A DNA stretch of 64,000 nt from Acidobacteriota bacterium (GCA_965205505.1 CBDBHB010000009.1:2016001-2080000), one strand, 5' to 3'. Numbered from the stretch's first letter, positions 30,978 to 41,990 are shown. Notes: generated by a model not told the origin, from the letters alone. Numbers and translations are program-made.

Positions 30978-31751
30978 ATGGGAGCCGAGGGGGTGTTTCT
31001 ATATGCCGAGGACATCCAAGCCCAGGGTGTCGACCACCTGGAGGCGGTCGTTGCGTCCGTCGGCCGGTCGAAGTTGTCGAAAGTGGTACAGGAGATCGCG
31101 TCGTCCGAGTATGACGTCTGGCGTCTGTGGCCTGACGTGAAGAAGGAGTGGACCGAGGAGGCGATCCGGCTTGACAAGGAGTTGACTAAACTTGTCGAGG
31201 CGGACCAGTCGCTGATGTGGGCGCTCGCGATGGTCGCGTTTGATCTCCAGAGACGGAACCTCTGGTCGCTGTTTGACTACGATTCTCTTGCCGACTACAC
31301 GCGCTCCAAGAAGCTGAAGCCGGCCACTCTGATTAGCTACGCGAGGGCCGAGAGGATCTTGCGGGAAGTCGTACCGGAGGACCGACGGGCTGAAGCGCGC
31401 AATATCGGCGTCTCGGTCTGGCACCTGAAGGGAAAGGATATCCGACGCCTCGGGATGCCGATCGTGGAGACGATGCTCCAACTCTTGCAGCAAGGAGTCC
31501 CGGACACGTCCATCATCGCCATGATCGAGGAGCAGGTTCCGATCGGCGAGACCGCGACCGGCAAGCCACGGTACGAAGTGACGCTGAACCTGAAGTCGGT
31601 GCGCTTCGTCATCGGCGTTAACGCACACAACCGCGAGGCGGCTGAGGAGAAGGCGATGAAGCAGTTCCTCGCCTACAAAGCGCTGGAGCGCTACAAGATG
31701 ATCGATGACCCAGAGGCGGTGTTGAAGGGCTCGGCCGGGGACGACACGTAG
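30978..31751 (+). CDS. Hypothetical phage-like protein, in frame with the upstream HNH
   Basis: Long ORF; same frame as 30693 across one TGA. Confidence 0.6.
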   Translation: MGAEGVFLYAEDIQAQGVDHLEAVVASVGRSKLSKVVQEIASSEYDVWRLWPDVKKEWTEEAIRLDKELTKLVEADQSLMWALAMVAFDLQRRNLWSLFDYDSLADYTRSKKLKPATLISYARAERILREVVPEDRRAEARNIGVSVWHLKGKDIRRLGMPIVETMLQLLQQGVPDTSIIAMIEEQVPIGETATGKPRYEVTLNLKSVRFVIGVNAHNREAAEEKAMKQFLAYKALERYKMIDDPEAVLKGSAGDDT

Positions 31752-32264
31752 GTGGTCGGGGAGGGGTTGTTCGGCACGGCGTCGGTCGCGGGCGAGGGGG
31801 CGGCTGACGAGCCGACGCTCGGCGACCTGGGCGCGAAGGTGGACCGCCTGCAGGTTGAGATGAAGGAGGCGATGAAGATCCTCCACCGCATTGACCGGCG
31901 TGGGGCGGTGACGAGGCAGAAGAGGATGCAGATGCCCTCGGGCTGGAAGGCGAGGTACGACTACGTGGACGAGTGGAACGCGGCGGCGGCCGCGTCCTTG
32001 GCCGATGTGCCGCGCGTCGAAAAGTTGACTCCGGCGCGTGCTCAGCTGCTCAAGAAGCGCGAGGTCGAGGAGGCGTTCGACTGGCCGGCGATCACGGCCG
32101 CCGTGCGCCTCCTGTCGCCGGGGTTCCTGTCGTCGTGGTCGGGGTTCGGCTTCGACTGGATCGTCTCTGACACGCAGGAGGGGAAGGTGGAGTCGTACGT
32201 GCGACTCATCGAAGGGAGGTACGAGCGTAAGCCTGGGGAGCGCGGACCTGGGCGGATACTTTGA
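31752..32264 (+). CDS. Phage replication-protein C-terminal-like domain
   Basis: EWN...KLTPARAQLL...FDWIV...RLIEGRY pattern. Confidence 0.5.
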   Translation: MVGEGLFGTASVAGEGAADEPTLGDLGAKVDRLQVEMKEAMKILHRIDRRGAVTRQKRMQMPSGWKARYDYVDEWNAAAAASLADVPRVEKLTPARAQLLKKREVEEAFDWPAITAAVRLLSPGFLSSWSGFGFDWIVSDTQEGKVESYVRLIEGRYERKPGERGPGRIL

Positions 32265-32339
32265 GAAAGAGGAGGAGTGAGATGCTGACGGGGGAGGAGA
32301 TCAAGGTGGCGCGGACGGCGACCAGCTCGCCGGTACTTG

Positions 32340-32559
32340 GAAACGCCTTGAAAACCCTGCCAGGCGGGCGTTTCAGCAGATCGTATTCCCCGAGGGGGTG
32401 CCGGTGAGAGCAGGCATCTGTTTGAAACCGACTAACTCCCCAATCTTCAGCACGTTACGACCGATCTCGACAGGCGAATCTCATAAGGTAGCCTTTCTGT
32501 CAGCGAATTTGAAACCGTTCACCGGGGCATTGATGGATCTCGTCCGAGCCGTCGCGTGA
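32340..32559 (+). pseudogene. C-terminal remnant of a large serine recombinase
   Basis: RFQQIVFPEGV...SPIFSTLRPISTGESHKVA; similarity recalled, not searched. Confidence 0.5.
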
Positions 32560-32692
32560 TCGGAAGACACATCTCTGCGGCCGAGAGTGTGACCGGAGGG
32601 CACAAAGGTGTGCGCCAACTCACTGACCGCAAGGAGACGATGAATCAACAGAGGACGACGAGGTCAGACTGGATCAGCAGCAGACCTCATGG

Positions 32693-33199
32693 ATGACGCC
32701 GACCCCATGGATGACTCGTGATATGAAGCTCACATGTACCGCCAAATCGAAGCGATCTGGTGAGCGTTGTCGCCGAGCGCCGATCCGAGGCGGGACGGTT
32801 TGCAATATGCACGGCGGCCGTGCGCCCCAAGTTTTGCGGTCGGCGCGGGAGCGCCTGGACGCTCTCCTGGACCCTGCGCTCGACGGGGTTGCATCCGCCC
32901 TCGAATCTGACGACCTCCGGGATGTCATTAAGGCTGCCCAGCTGGTGTTGGATCGGTGTGGCTATCGACCGGTGTCCATGCTGGAGGTGGCGTACCTCAA
33001 CGAGGAGATAGGCATGCGGGTCGTGACGATCATCGAGCGCGTGTGCGAGGGGCTCGATATTCCTATCCACCAGTCCGAGGTCCGAAGGATCGTGGGAGTA
33101 GCGATCGCCCGCGAGGCCGAAGCGCACCAGAATCGGAAGATGACACCGATGGCTCCACCAATCAAGCCTCGCCGTCCGGCCCACGGTCCGCAAACGTAG
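32693..33199 (+). CDS. HGG-motif zinc-finger phage protein (terminase small subunit-like)
   Basis: CTAKSKRSGERCRRAPIRGGTVCNMHGG, IKAAQLVLDRCG. Confidence 0.65.
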   Translation: MTPTPWMTRDMKLTCTAKSKRSGERCRRAPIRGGTVCNMHGGRAPQVLRSARERLDALLDPALDGVASALESDDLRDVIKAAQLVLDRCGYRPVSMLEVAYLNEEIGMRVVTIIERVCEGLDIPIHQSEVRRIVGVAIAREAEAHQNRKMTPMAPPIKPRRPAHGPQT

Positions 33200-33359
33200 T
33201 CACCCCGATCACTGGGTGGGGCCAGGACGACAAGCCAACGGATGATCCAGAGGAGAAGCGCTCGGCCGACGATGACAAACGGGAACGAGAGGACGAAGAG
33301 GAGTACCCGACGTGCGTTACAAAGTGTGCTCAGGACCACCATATCGGGCGAGGTGAGCG

Positions 33360-33836
33360 ATGGACCTTGAGCAGCGAGTGGAGCGGCTGGAGCGAGAGAA
33401 CAGGCGGCTGAAGCTCGTGGCCGCGGCTGTGGTGGCGGCGGTCGTTACCGCACTGACAGCGTTGCTTGCGTGGCAGGCTTTCAGGCCGCCGGGGAGTGCG
33501 GCAGAAGGTAGCGGTTCGCGCGTGGTCTTGGTTTGTAGGTGGTGGGGGCCGACGACCATGTCCGATCGTGTTGTTGATTCGTTCGTCATTGACTTCGACA
33601 GGTCCGAGGTCTATTCGTCTGAGCAGGACGAGACGTACCCGCTTGCGGAAGTAACCGAGGGTCGACTTCGGTTCACTATCGTCAGGCCCGAGCTTCGAAT
33701 GCGCGGCGGCATCGAACGAGATGTCGAACTGCGGTACTCGATCAACCGCGTGACCGGTGAGATGGACATCGAGAACCGGGACTTGTTTCTTACGGAGAAG
33801 CGTTGTGTTCGCGCCGGGAGTGACTTCACGCTTTAG
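33360..33836 (+). CDS. Membrane-anchored hypothetical protein
   Basis: MDLEQRVERLERENRRLK plus transmembrane helix, INRVTG. Confidence 0.6.
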   Translation: MDLEQRVERLERENRRLKLVAAAVVAAVVTALTALLAWQAFRPPGSAAEGSGSRVVLVCRWWGPTTMSDRVVDSFVIDFDRSEVYSSEQDETYPLAEVTEGRLRFTIVRPELRMRGGIERDVELRYSINRVTGEMDIENRDLFLTEKRCVRAGSDFTL

Positions 33837-33905
33837 GCGTATCGCGCACCCAGTAGACACGCCTTCGCTACCTCAGGTCGTAGTAGCGGAGCAGCGCCTG
33901 GCTTA

Positions 33906-34235
33906 TCAGTTTTGACGCTGCCGATGTACCCACCTTCCAGGCTCCTGTCGCGGCCTTTTGACCATCCTCGCTATCCAGGCTGCCACCCGAGGACCGAAGG
34001 TATCGGGCGTCGCTGGATGAGGATCATCCTTCAGCGCGCTTTCTAGTTCGGCAAGGTCATCCGGTTCGACATCGAGCACCGAGCTGAGATAGCTCGTCAG
34101 AGTGCCGAGATCCGCCGGGACAATGTAAGCGGTTACATTTTGGCGGACCTCTGAGCTTCCGACAGCTACTGCGGTGCTGCCCATGATCGTCGTGTTGAAG
34201 ATCTGCTCCACGCCTGCAGCCCACCGCTCGGTCAT
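33906..34235 (-). pseudogene. C-terminal fragment resembling AbiTii-domain-containing proteins
   Basis: QIFNTTIMG...LAELESALKDD...FGPRVAAWIARM; truncated next to the IS6 remnant. Confidence 0.45.
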
Positions 34236-34239
34236 GCCA

Positions 34240-34551
34240 TCAGTCGTTCACGAGACCAGGCGCTATGCGAACAACCTAGCGGAGGTGTCGCACCAACCAA
34301 GTCGGCAACGCGAGAGACAGATGCGCAGATTCAAGTCCGTGGCTCAGGCACAGCGGTTTCTGTCCGTGCACGGGGCCGTCCGGAATCTCTTCAACTTGAG
34401 CCGACACCGACTACGATCCGCGAACTACCGGGTGCTTCGGACTCGCGCCTTTGGAACCTGGAGCGAGGTAGTTACCGCCTAAGGCGACCCGGCTCCAGGC
34501 CGCCCGCAGCTTGCCCGAATCCGAGCGTCGCGTCATTAACTTGACAGTACC
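34240..34551 (+). mobile_element. IS6 family transposase 3' remnant with right inverted repeat
   Basis: NNLAEVSHQPSRQRERQMRRFKS...AQRFL; TTAACTTGACAGTACC at 34536-34551. Confidence 0.85.
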
Positions 34552-34588
34552 CTTCGGGCACTTGGCTACATCCAGTGAGTTGAAGAGG

Positions 34589-34730
34589 ATGATCGGCAAG
34601 ACGCTAGGCCACTACGAGATCCTCGCCCCGCTCGGTGCAGGCGGCATGGGTGCGGTGTACTGACCACGCGATGCGACGCTGGATCGTGATGTAGTTATCG
34701 AGGTCGTGGCGGAAGACTTCGCCAGCGCCT
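34589..34730 (+). pseudogene. Ser/Thr kinase N-terminal fragment
   Basis: MIGKTLGHYEILAPLGAGGMGAVY then stop; paralog of 38913. Confidence 0.85.
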
Positions 34731-34751
34731 CGTTCATGAACAGCCGGATGC

Positions 34752-35996
34752 TTATTGTTTCAAGTCATCGAGTACGCGCGCTCGCACCGACGCCTCCTGC
34801 TGCTTCTGCTCCAGGTGTTCGCGTGCCTCCCGTTCACGCCTTTGTGCTGCTTGTTCTACCTGCTTCGCGTAGCTGTCGTTCGCGAGATTCACGTATTCCT
34901 CGAACATACGCAGGTGAGCTTGAGCGCTGCTCTCCTGGGCCGGGAACCACGCCCGGCTTCCAGAGAACTGGCAGTTGTCAGGCTGCATCCCCATCGTGTT
35001 GATTCTGTAGCCGCCGCGCATGGTCCTCAGGCAGTCGATCCACTGCCGACTCGGCTCTCGGTTCAGCTCAACTGTCAGCTTTCCTTGCTCATAATCCACA
35101 GCACCGGTCACCTGTATCGGCTCGCCGATCAAGGACTTATCGGGGGTGGCCTCGGGGACTACTTGCCGTTTGGCCTCATCGAACTTCTGGCGTGCTACGA
35201 AGGCGTTTCGGTGACCGAGCAGCGCCTTCTTGACACCGTCGATCGTTGGGCGCGAGTTTGGGTCCTGGCGGCGCATACATTCGGCAATCTCGTCGAGGTA
35301 AGCGAGATCCGGATGAGCTTGCGCGATGCTCCGGGGGGCAGTCCCCTGCAGGATCTCACCGGTCAGCATCTCCGTCAGCATCAGTCCTAGCGCAAGTACG
35401 TCGGCGGGCAATCCGACTTCCGCGCCCTTCACCCGCTGTTCAGGAGCCGCGTACTGAAAGTTGGCGAGACGTGTCCCGGGCTTGGTTTCCACGTCGGTCG
35501 CCTGCTGATCGGCAGCAAACCGGGCGATGCCGAAATCAGCGACGATTGGCGTCTCCCCCTGACACAGCACGTTCTTCGGCTTCAAGTCTCGGTGAGAGAT
35601 TCCTTGGAGGTGGGCTGCTTCGACGCTGTCGAGAAGCTTGGAGAACAAGCGCAGGGCCGCGTCGGAAGCAAGCCCCTCCTGCATGGCATCGTCTAACGTG
35701 CGCTCGTAGAGCGGCATCACGTAGAAAGGGCATTTCGTCGCGTTGTCCTCGATGAACCCGCTGTCGAGGACCTTCACTATGCCGGGATGCTCGCACTTGG
35801 CACAGAACTCAAGTTCGTTCTTGAAGCGCTTGCGTCGCTCCGTCGTGATTCCATCGGGAGCCAGGCACTTGATCGCAACTTCTTGATCGTCGTCAGAGCG
35901 TGCCATGTAGACGATACCGGCACCTCCTTCCCCGAGGATTCCCGTGGCCTCGTAGGTTGCGAACGCAGTTTCGAACTTCTTCGGTAATCGACTAAT
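34752..35996 (-). CDS. Cytoplasmic Hanks-type Ser/Thr kinase with unknown C-terminal domain
   Basis: The frame extends upstream of the ORF call to include ILGEGGAGIVY; VAIK, HRDLKPKN, ADFG, YAAPE; no canonical start found. Confidence 0.85.
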   Translation of the reverse strand: MSRLPKKFETAFATYEATGILGEGGAGIVYMARSDDDQEVAIKCLAPDGITTERRKRFKNELEFCAKCEHPGIVKVLDSGFIEDNATKCPFYVMPLYERTLDDAMQEGLASDAALRLFSKLLDSVEAAHLQGISHRDLKPKNVLCQGETPIVADFGIARFAADQQATDVETKPGTRLANFQYAAPEQRVKGAEVGLPADVLALGLMLTEMLTGEILQGTAPRSIAQAHPDLAYLDEIAECMRRQDPNSRPTIDGVKKALLGHRNAFVARQKFDEAKRQVVPEATPDKSLIGEPIQVTGAVDYEQGKLTVELNREPSRQWIDCLRTMRGGYRINTMGMQPDNCQFSGSRAWFPAQESSAQAHLRMFEEYVNLANDSYAKQVEQAAQRREREAREHLEQKQQEASVRARVLDDLKQ

Positions 35997-36114
35997 GGCT
36001 GGGCCACCCCGTCGCCTACATGAACTTGCGGCGCTTGAAGGTCGCCACGTCGGTGCTGCTCAACTCAAACCACCACTGTGATCGGAGGCTGCGGTAACTA
36101 CAAGGAGGTGCCTC

Positions 36115-36160
36115 CCGTGGACCCTCGCCCGCCCTGGCGATAGGCTTCAGGCGCTCACCC
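36115..36160 (+). promoter_or_regulatory. Dispersed promoter-like repeat copy 8
   Basis: CCGTGGACCCTCGCCCGCCCTGGCGA-TAGGCT-TCAGGCGCTCACCC upstream of the kinase ATG at 36180. Confidence 0.7.
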
Positions 36161-36179
36161 ACCCTGCCTCCGGAGCGCC

Positions 36180-38913
36180 ATGGAGCCCGGCACCCGATTA
36201 GGCCACTACGAGATCACCGAGCAGCTCGGTGCTGGCGGCATGGGCGAGGTGTACCTGGCGCAGGACACACGCCTGGGCCGCAAGGTGGCCATCAAGGTAC
36301 TGCCCGTCGAGTTCGCCTCTGATCCCGAGCGCCTCGCCCGCTTCGAGCAGGAGGCTCGTGCTGCCGCCGCACTGAACCACCCGTACATCGCAGCCGTTCA
36401 TGACGTGGGCGTCGAGGACGGCACGCACTTCATGGTGCAGGAGTACCTGGAGGGGGAGACGCTCCGCGAACCGTTAGGCAAGGGTGCGCTACCGCTCAAG
36501 AAGGCGCTCGGCTTGGCCACCGAGATCGCCGAGGCACTCGCTGCGGCACACGCCGCCGGGATCATCCACCGGGATCTGAAGCCGGAGAACATCTTCGTCA
36601 CCAAAGAGGGCCACGCCAAGGTGCTGGACTTCGGCCTGGCGAAGCTTACCGAGGTGGCGGGGGCAGGCTCACCGGGCGGTGCAACGCAGTCACCCACGAT
36701 GATGGGCACGGTGGCCGGTCAGGTGATGGGTACTGCCGGCTACATGGCCCCGGAGCAGGTAGAGGGCTCCGAGGAGATCGATCATCGGGCCGACCTGTTC
36801 GCTTTTGGCTGCGTGCTCTACGAGATGGTGGGCGGTAGGCGGCCCTTTGCCGGCACCAACGTGCACGAGACCCTGGGGCGCATCGTCGACAAGGATCCTG
36901 AGCCGCTGGCGGCGATCGACGCGCGCTTGCCCGTCGAAGTGCAGCGGATCGCCAAGAAGTGCCTGGCCAAGGAACCGGGACGGCGTTACCAGGGTGCAGC
37001 TGAGCTGGTCATTGACTTGCGGGCACTCGGAGCCGATGTCGAGTCGGGCACGGCCGTGCCGCTGGGCGGCCAGCCGGTTGTCGCTCCTGTCGCCGTGGAA
37101 ACGACGCGCGGCATCCCGTGGAAGCTGGGCGTCCCTGTGGGTGCCGCGCTCATGCTGGTGGCGGTTGCCACCTGGTGGACAATGCGACCGGAGCCCGGAA
37201 GCACCATCCGCCTGCAGCTCGACCCCCTCGTCGACACGATCATGAGTCGGTTCGGCTCCGCAGTCGCGTTATCGCCCGATGGACGGCACGTTGCCTACGT
37301 GGAGGGTGATCCGGCGTTAAGGACAGCGCTCCACCTTCGCGCTCTCGACCAGCAGAACTCGACGACGGTCGCGTCGGGGGACCTGGAGACAGGCGCTCCG
37401 TACCAGCCCTTCTTCTCGTCCGACGGACAATGGGTCGGGTTCGTCACGGCGACGGAGCTGAAAAAGGCGTCCATCACCGGAGGTACCGCCCAGTCGATCG
37501 CTGAGGTGAACCTGAGTCGAGGTGCGGACTGGGGTCCCGAAGATACGATCGTCTACACACCGAGTCCGACGAGCGGTTTGCTTCTGGTGTCGGCTGTCGA
37601 AGGCGATCCGCGACCCCTCACCGAGCTTGCCGAAGGCGAGTTCAGCCACCGCTGGCCCCAGTTTTTACCCGGCGGAAAGGCGGTGCTCTTCACGTCGGCC
37701 GGGACCAGAAGCTTCGACGGTGCCAACCTCGAGGTCGTGGATCTCGAGACCGGCGATCGCCAGGTCGTGCACCGGGGCGGCACCTACGGCCGATACGTGC
37801 CGACGGGCCACCTCGTGTATTCGAACGCCGGAGCGTTGTTCGCGGTGCCCTTCGACCTCGATACCCTCGAGACGACCAGCTCGCCGATACCCGTCGTCGA
37901 GAACCTCGCCGCCGGCCGTGATGGCGGGGTCTCGTTCGACTTCTCCGAGACCGGGATGCTCGTCTATCACATGGTCTATCACATGAGGAGTGGTGGCGAT
38001 TCGGGCGCATCCCAACTTGCCTGGGTGGATCGTAACGGCCAAGTCGAGCTGCTGCCCTTCGACCCGGGTTCGTCTCAGGGCTTGAACTTCTCGCCGGACG
38101 GGCAGCGCATCGCGCTCTCGATCCTGGGAGATGGTGGCCAGATGAACATCTGGATCTATGAGGTCGAACGAGGAGGCAGCCAGGTGCTGCTGACCACGGA
38201 GGGCAGCAACCTAATGCCCGTTTGGTCGCCCGATGGAGAGTGGGTGTTCTTCGCGTCGAATCGGGGTGGCAATTTCGACATCTGGAAGCGCCGGGCTGAC
38301 CAGAGTCTCGAAGTCGAACTGGTGTTGGAAGCAGAGGTTGCCGTGTCTCCAACGTCGATCTCGGCGGACGGTGCGCTGCTGTTTGCCAGCGGGTTCGTCA
38401 GCACGAACGCCGACGTGGGGATACTGGCTCTTGATACAAAGGAGTGGGAAATGCTCGTCGCTACCGCCGCCGATGAGCGTTGGGCCAGTTTCTCGCCGGA
38501 CGGTCGCTTCTTTGCCTTCCAGTCGAACGAGACGGGGCAATCCGGGGTGAACGTGCGGGAGGTGTCGAGTGGTCGGACATTTCCGGTCTCTACGAGTACC
38601 CGTGGTGGTGCCGTCCCTCGGTGGTCGCGGGATGGAAGGGAGATTTACTACTATGCCGTCGCCGGAGGCCCAGGCATCCTCGTTGCGGAAGTGGAAATGG
38701 AGCCGTTTTCCGCATCCGATCCTGTCGAACTTTCCGACATCGTCAAGCAGGGCCTGACTAACTTCGATGTCACTGCCGATGGCCAGAAGTTCTTGGTGAT
38801 TGTGCCCGCTCGTAGGGGGTGACCCTTCGGATACGGCTCCCGGCGCACGCATCAACTTCATCCTCAACTGGTTCGAGGAGCTGAAACAGCGCGTACCTAC
38901 GAACGGCTCCTGA
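36180..38913 (+). CDS. Ser/Thr kinase-TM-PD40/TolB beta-propeller protein, frameshifted near the 3' end
   Basis: [24 protein letters not shown] repeats; ORF stops at 38822, and the family tail [12 protein letters not shown] lies in another frame to about 38913. Confidence 0.9.
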
Positions 38914-40247
38914 TGGTCGGCAAGACGCTCGGCCACTACGAGATCCTCGCCCCGCTAGGTGAAGGCGGGATGGGCCAGGTGTATCGAGCACGCGATACGA
39001 CGCTGGATCGTGATGTCGCTATCAAGGTGCTGCCCGAGGATTTCGCCAGCGACGCGGGTCGGTTGGCGCGCTTCGAGCGCGAAGCAAAGCTGCTCGCTTC
39101 GCTGAGCCATCCCAACATCGCCACGATCTTCGGCTTCGAGGAATCGGATGGGGTGCGCTTCATCGCCATGGAGCTGGTGGAAGGCCAGAGCCTCGCCGAG
39201 CGCATCCAAGCTTCGGGTCGTATCGAGGTCGATGAGGCTCTGGAGATCGCCCGCCGGATCGCACTGGCGCTCGAAGCGGCTCATGAGGCCGGCGTCATCC
39301 ACCGTGACCTCAAGCCTGCCAACGTCCAGGTAGCACCCGATGGCACTGTGAAGGTGCTCGACTTCGGGCTGGCCAAAGCCTACGAAGCGGAAGGCAGTGA
39401 GCCGTCGTCCGACCTGAGCCACTCACCCACGATGATGGCTGCTACTGGCACCGGCGTGATCATGGGGACTGCTCCCTACATGAGCCCGGAGCAGGCGCGG
39501 GGTAAGCTCGTCGATAAGCGAAGCGACATCTGGTCGTTTGGGTGCGTGCTGTACGAGATGCTCGCCGGCAAGCGCGCCTTCGACGGCAGGACCGTCAGCG
39601 ACACGATGGCATCGATCCTCAAAGAGGAGCCGGATTGGACGGCTCTGCCGGAGACGACCTCCGCGATCATTCAGCTTCTGCTGCGGCAGTGCTTAGAGAA
39701 GGACGCTGATCGGCGACTCCACGACATCGCCGATGCGCGTATCGGTATCGTCAACACCATCGCCGATCCAGACGCGGATATCGCTCTGCTGGCTAGCTCT
39801 GTTGAGGCTGCGAAGCCGTCGTGGCGGCAAACCATCCCGACACCTGTGGCAGCCGGCCTTGGCCTCGCCATCGCAACAGCGACATTCCTCGCAGCCTGGG
39901 CCTCGATGGGCCAAGTATCGCCACCGTCAGTACCAACAATGCGCCTGGACGTGACGTTAACCAATCAGGATCTCTACCTCGGTCTTGGGTCAACACCCGT
40001 CTTGTCGCCGGATGGCTCGCACATCGCGTTCGTCACAGGAAACGCTAACGCTCAAAGCCAGCTGCACGTTCGCCTGCTCGCTCAGGCGGAGAGCACTCCC
40101 CTTCGTATCGGCGGTGTCTACGGGCCGTTCTTCTCCCCGGATGGCCAATGGGTGGGCTACTTCGATCTCCAGGAGGGGCTACAGAAAGTCTCTATCAGAG
40201 GCGGCGCACCCGTGCGGACGCCAAGACCGGTGACGGCTCCGGGCTGA
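38913..40247 (+). pseudogene. Second kinase-PD40 paralog, truncated after the first propeller blades
   Basis: Complete kinase domain, TM and two SPDG repeats, then homology ends near 40213. Confidence 0.85.
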
Positions 40248-40350
40248 TGCTCCAGGTTCCGAGCACGCTCTTTCGCCAGGAGTACGAGCATCTATCACGT
40301 TTGCGGGCGACGACCGGCCCCATCGGGGTCGGGATGCTGTTCCTGCCGCC
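40214..40350 (+). pseudogene. gltB: Short fragment of glutamate synthase large subunit (GATase domain)
   Basis: ADAKTGDGSGLMLQVP...GVGMLFLP. Confidence 0.65.
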
Positions 40351-40382
40351 TCGTAGCTCGTGACCAGCGCACGGTCCTCGAC

Positions 40383-40847
40383 ATGGCTGGTCAGACCAGC
40401 CGCGAGGTTTCCTCGGCTCTCTCGATGAAGCTTCAACAAATGCGGGGCCCGTCTCAGGAAGAGTTCCGCGAGAACCTTGAGAAAGCAGCCGTGACTGAGA
40501 TCCTGCTAGCAGCCATGAGTCGCGGTACCGTCATGATGATCGACCTGAACTTCCAAGCTTATGAGGAAGCTGGGGTCGTACACGTCAGACCTACGATGGA
40601 AACTTGTCCTGGCACGTGCAGCGGTGGACGCAGCGCCATTGTCTACGGCGCCGGCCCAGCTATCCGAGACTATATGAATAGCATCGGCGCGGAAGCGGTG
40701 TTCGATGCTTCCCCGGAGCGAATGGCGCCATCGCTCGTCAACCGGGGAATCGACGCGGGAACGCCCGGCGCAGGCGGTCCTGTGGACGTTGTCCGCGTCA
40801 CGGGCGCGGGCATCGAATGGCTCACGGAACGGCCCGACTGTCCCTAA
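40383..40847 (+). CDS. Hypothetical protein or fragment (possible Ntn/proteasome-like C-terminus)
   Basis: GGPVDVVRVT...IEWL ending. Confidence 0.35.
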   Translation: MAGQTSREVSSALSMKLQQMRGPSQEEFRENLEKAAVTEILLAAMSRGTVMMIDLNFQAYEEAGVVHVRPTMETCPGTCSGGRSAIVYGAGPAIRDYMNSIGAEAVFDASPERMAPSLVNRGIDAGTPGAGGPVDVVRVTGAGIEWLTERPDCP

Positions 40848-40848
40848 T

Positions 40849-40904
40849 CCCCTCGCAAATCGCCCGGCTGCGCGCTTTGCTAGTGGTGGGAAGGAAATTG
40901 TTCC
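40849..40904 (+). repeat. Direct repeat copy A
   Basis: CCCCTCGCAAATCGCCCGGCTGCGC identical at 41937, followed by a similar AT-rich tail. Confidence 0.85.
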
Positions 40905-40974
40905 CTCTGTGTCCTCTTCCCGTGCTCCTCGGATTCGAAAAGAAAGCAAGGAGCCCGGTAAGTCGTCGCTGCGA

Positions 40975-41670
40975 CTAGTCAGAGCCGTCGCCTGTCTCCG
41001 GCATCTCGCGCTGGAACCGCCGATAGGTCGTCAGCCGGTTGGACTTGAGGGCCTCGAGCGCCGTGTCGAAGTCGTGCCGCTCGCTGGCGTCGAGGATCGC
41101 GTTGTGTTCGGCGATCGAGCGCGCCCAGTCACGCGGGTGGGTGATGAACGTCCACGTCTCCAGTCGTCGCACCGTCGCGCGCATGCTATCGAGCATCGTT
41201 TTGAGGTGCACGTTCTGTGACTGCTGCGAGAGGACCTGGTGGAAGCGGTCGTTCAGCTCGATGCCGGCCTCGAAATCGCTGCGACTAGCCGCTTCTGCAT
41301 AGGCGCGATTGATCGCGCGCAGCTCCTCGATGATCTCGGGCGAGAGTCGCCCAAAGGACTCACGGCCGGCAAGAACCTCGAGGGCAGCGAGAATCGGATA
41401 CAGCTCGACGAGGTCGGCGATCGATTCCTCCGGGACCCGGAAGCCGCGATGAGCGACCCGCTCCAGGAACCCCTCCGACGCCAGCCGTCCGAGCGCCTCA
41501 CGCACCGGCGTTCGGCTCACACCCAGCGCGTTGCTGATCTCCGGCTCGCGGACGAACTCTCCGGATGCCATCTTGCCGGCGAGCATGCGGTCGCGTAGCA
41601 GCCCATAGACCTGATCGGTGAGAGTCGCGGTTGTGATGCTGGGCCATGTCTTCGTGCCGACAACTTCCAT
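40975..41670 (-). CDS. GntR/FCD family transcriptional regulator
   Basis: LGVSRTPVREAL, NDRFH, EHNAILDA. Confidence 0.92.
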   Translation of the reverse strand: MEVVGTKTWPSITTATLTDQVYGLLRDRMLAGKMASGEFVREPEISNALGVSRTPVREALGRLASEGFLERVAHRGFRVPEESIADLVELYPILAALEVLAGRESFGRLSPEIIEELRAINRAYAEAASRSDFEAGIELNDRFHQVLSQQSQNVHLKTMLDSMRATVRRLETWTFITHPRDWARSIAEHNAILDASERHDFDTALEALKSNRLTTYRRFQREMPETGDGSD

Positions 41671-41936
41671 TCCATCCCCTGGCCGGGTGTGTCCGATCGC
41701 CTGCCCTGGCCGTGGCCGGAGCGTCGTGAGCAGAGACGCGATGCGTCTCGGATGCACCCGGGGACTCACCTCAGGCCGACCTGGATAATCTCTAGTACCC
41801 TGCACGGGAACTCTAGCATCGGCCAGCGCTACTGGCGCTCAAGTCCATAACTCTTGACCGAAACTCTGGGGCCCGGGCAGCGTGAAAGCCATTCGCTCCC
41901 AAGTCATCTCAGATTAATCAGGCTTGAGCACTCGCC

Positions 41937-41990
41937 CCCCTCGCAAATCGCCCGGCTGCGCTCTTTCTAGTAGTAGAAGAAATTTGTTCC
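41937..41990 (+). repeat. Direct repeat copy B
   Basis: Matches 40849-40904. Confidence 0.85.
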
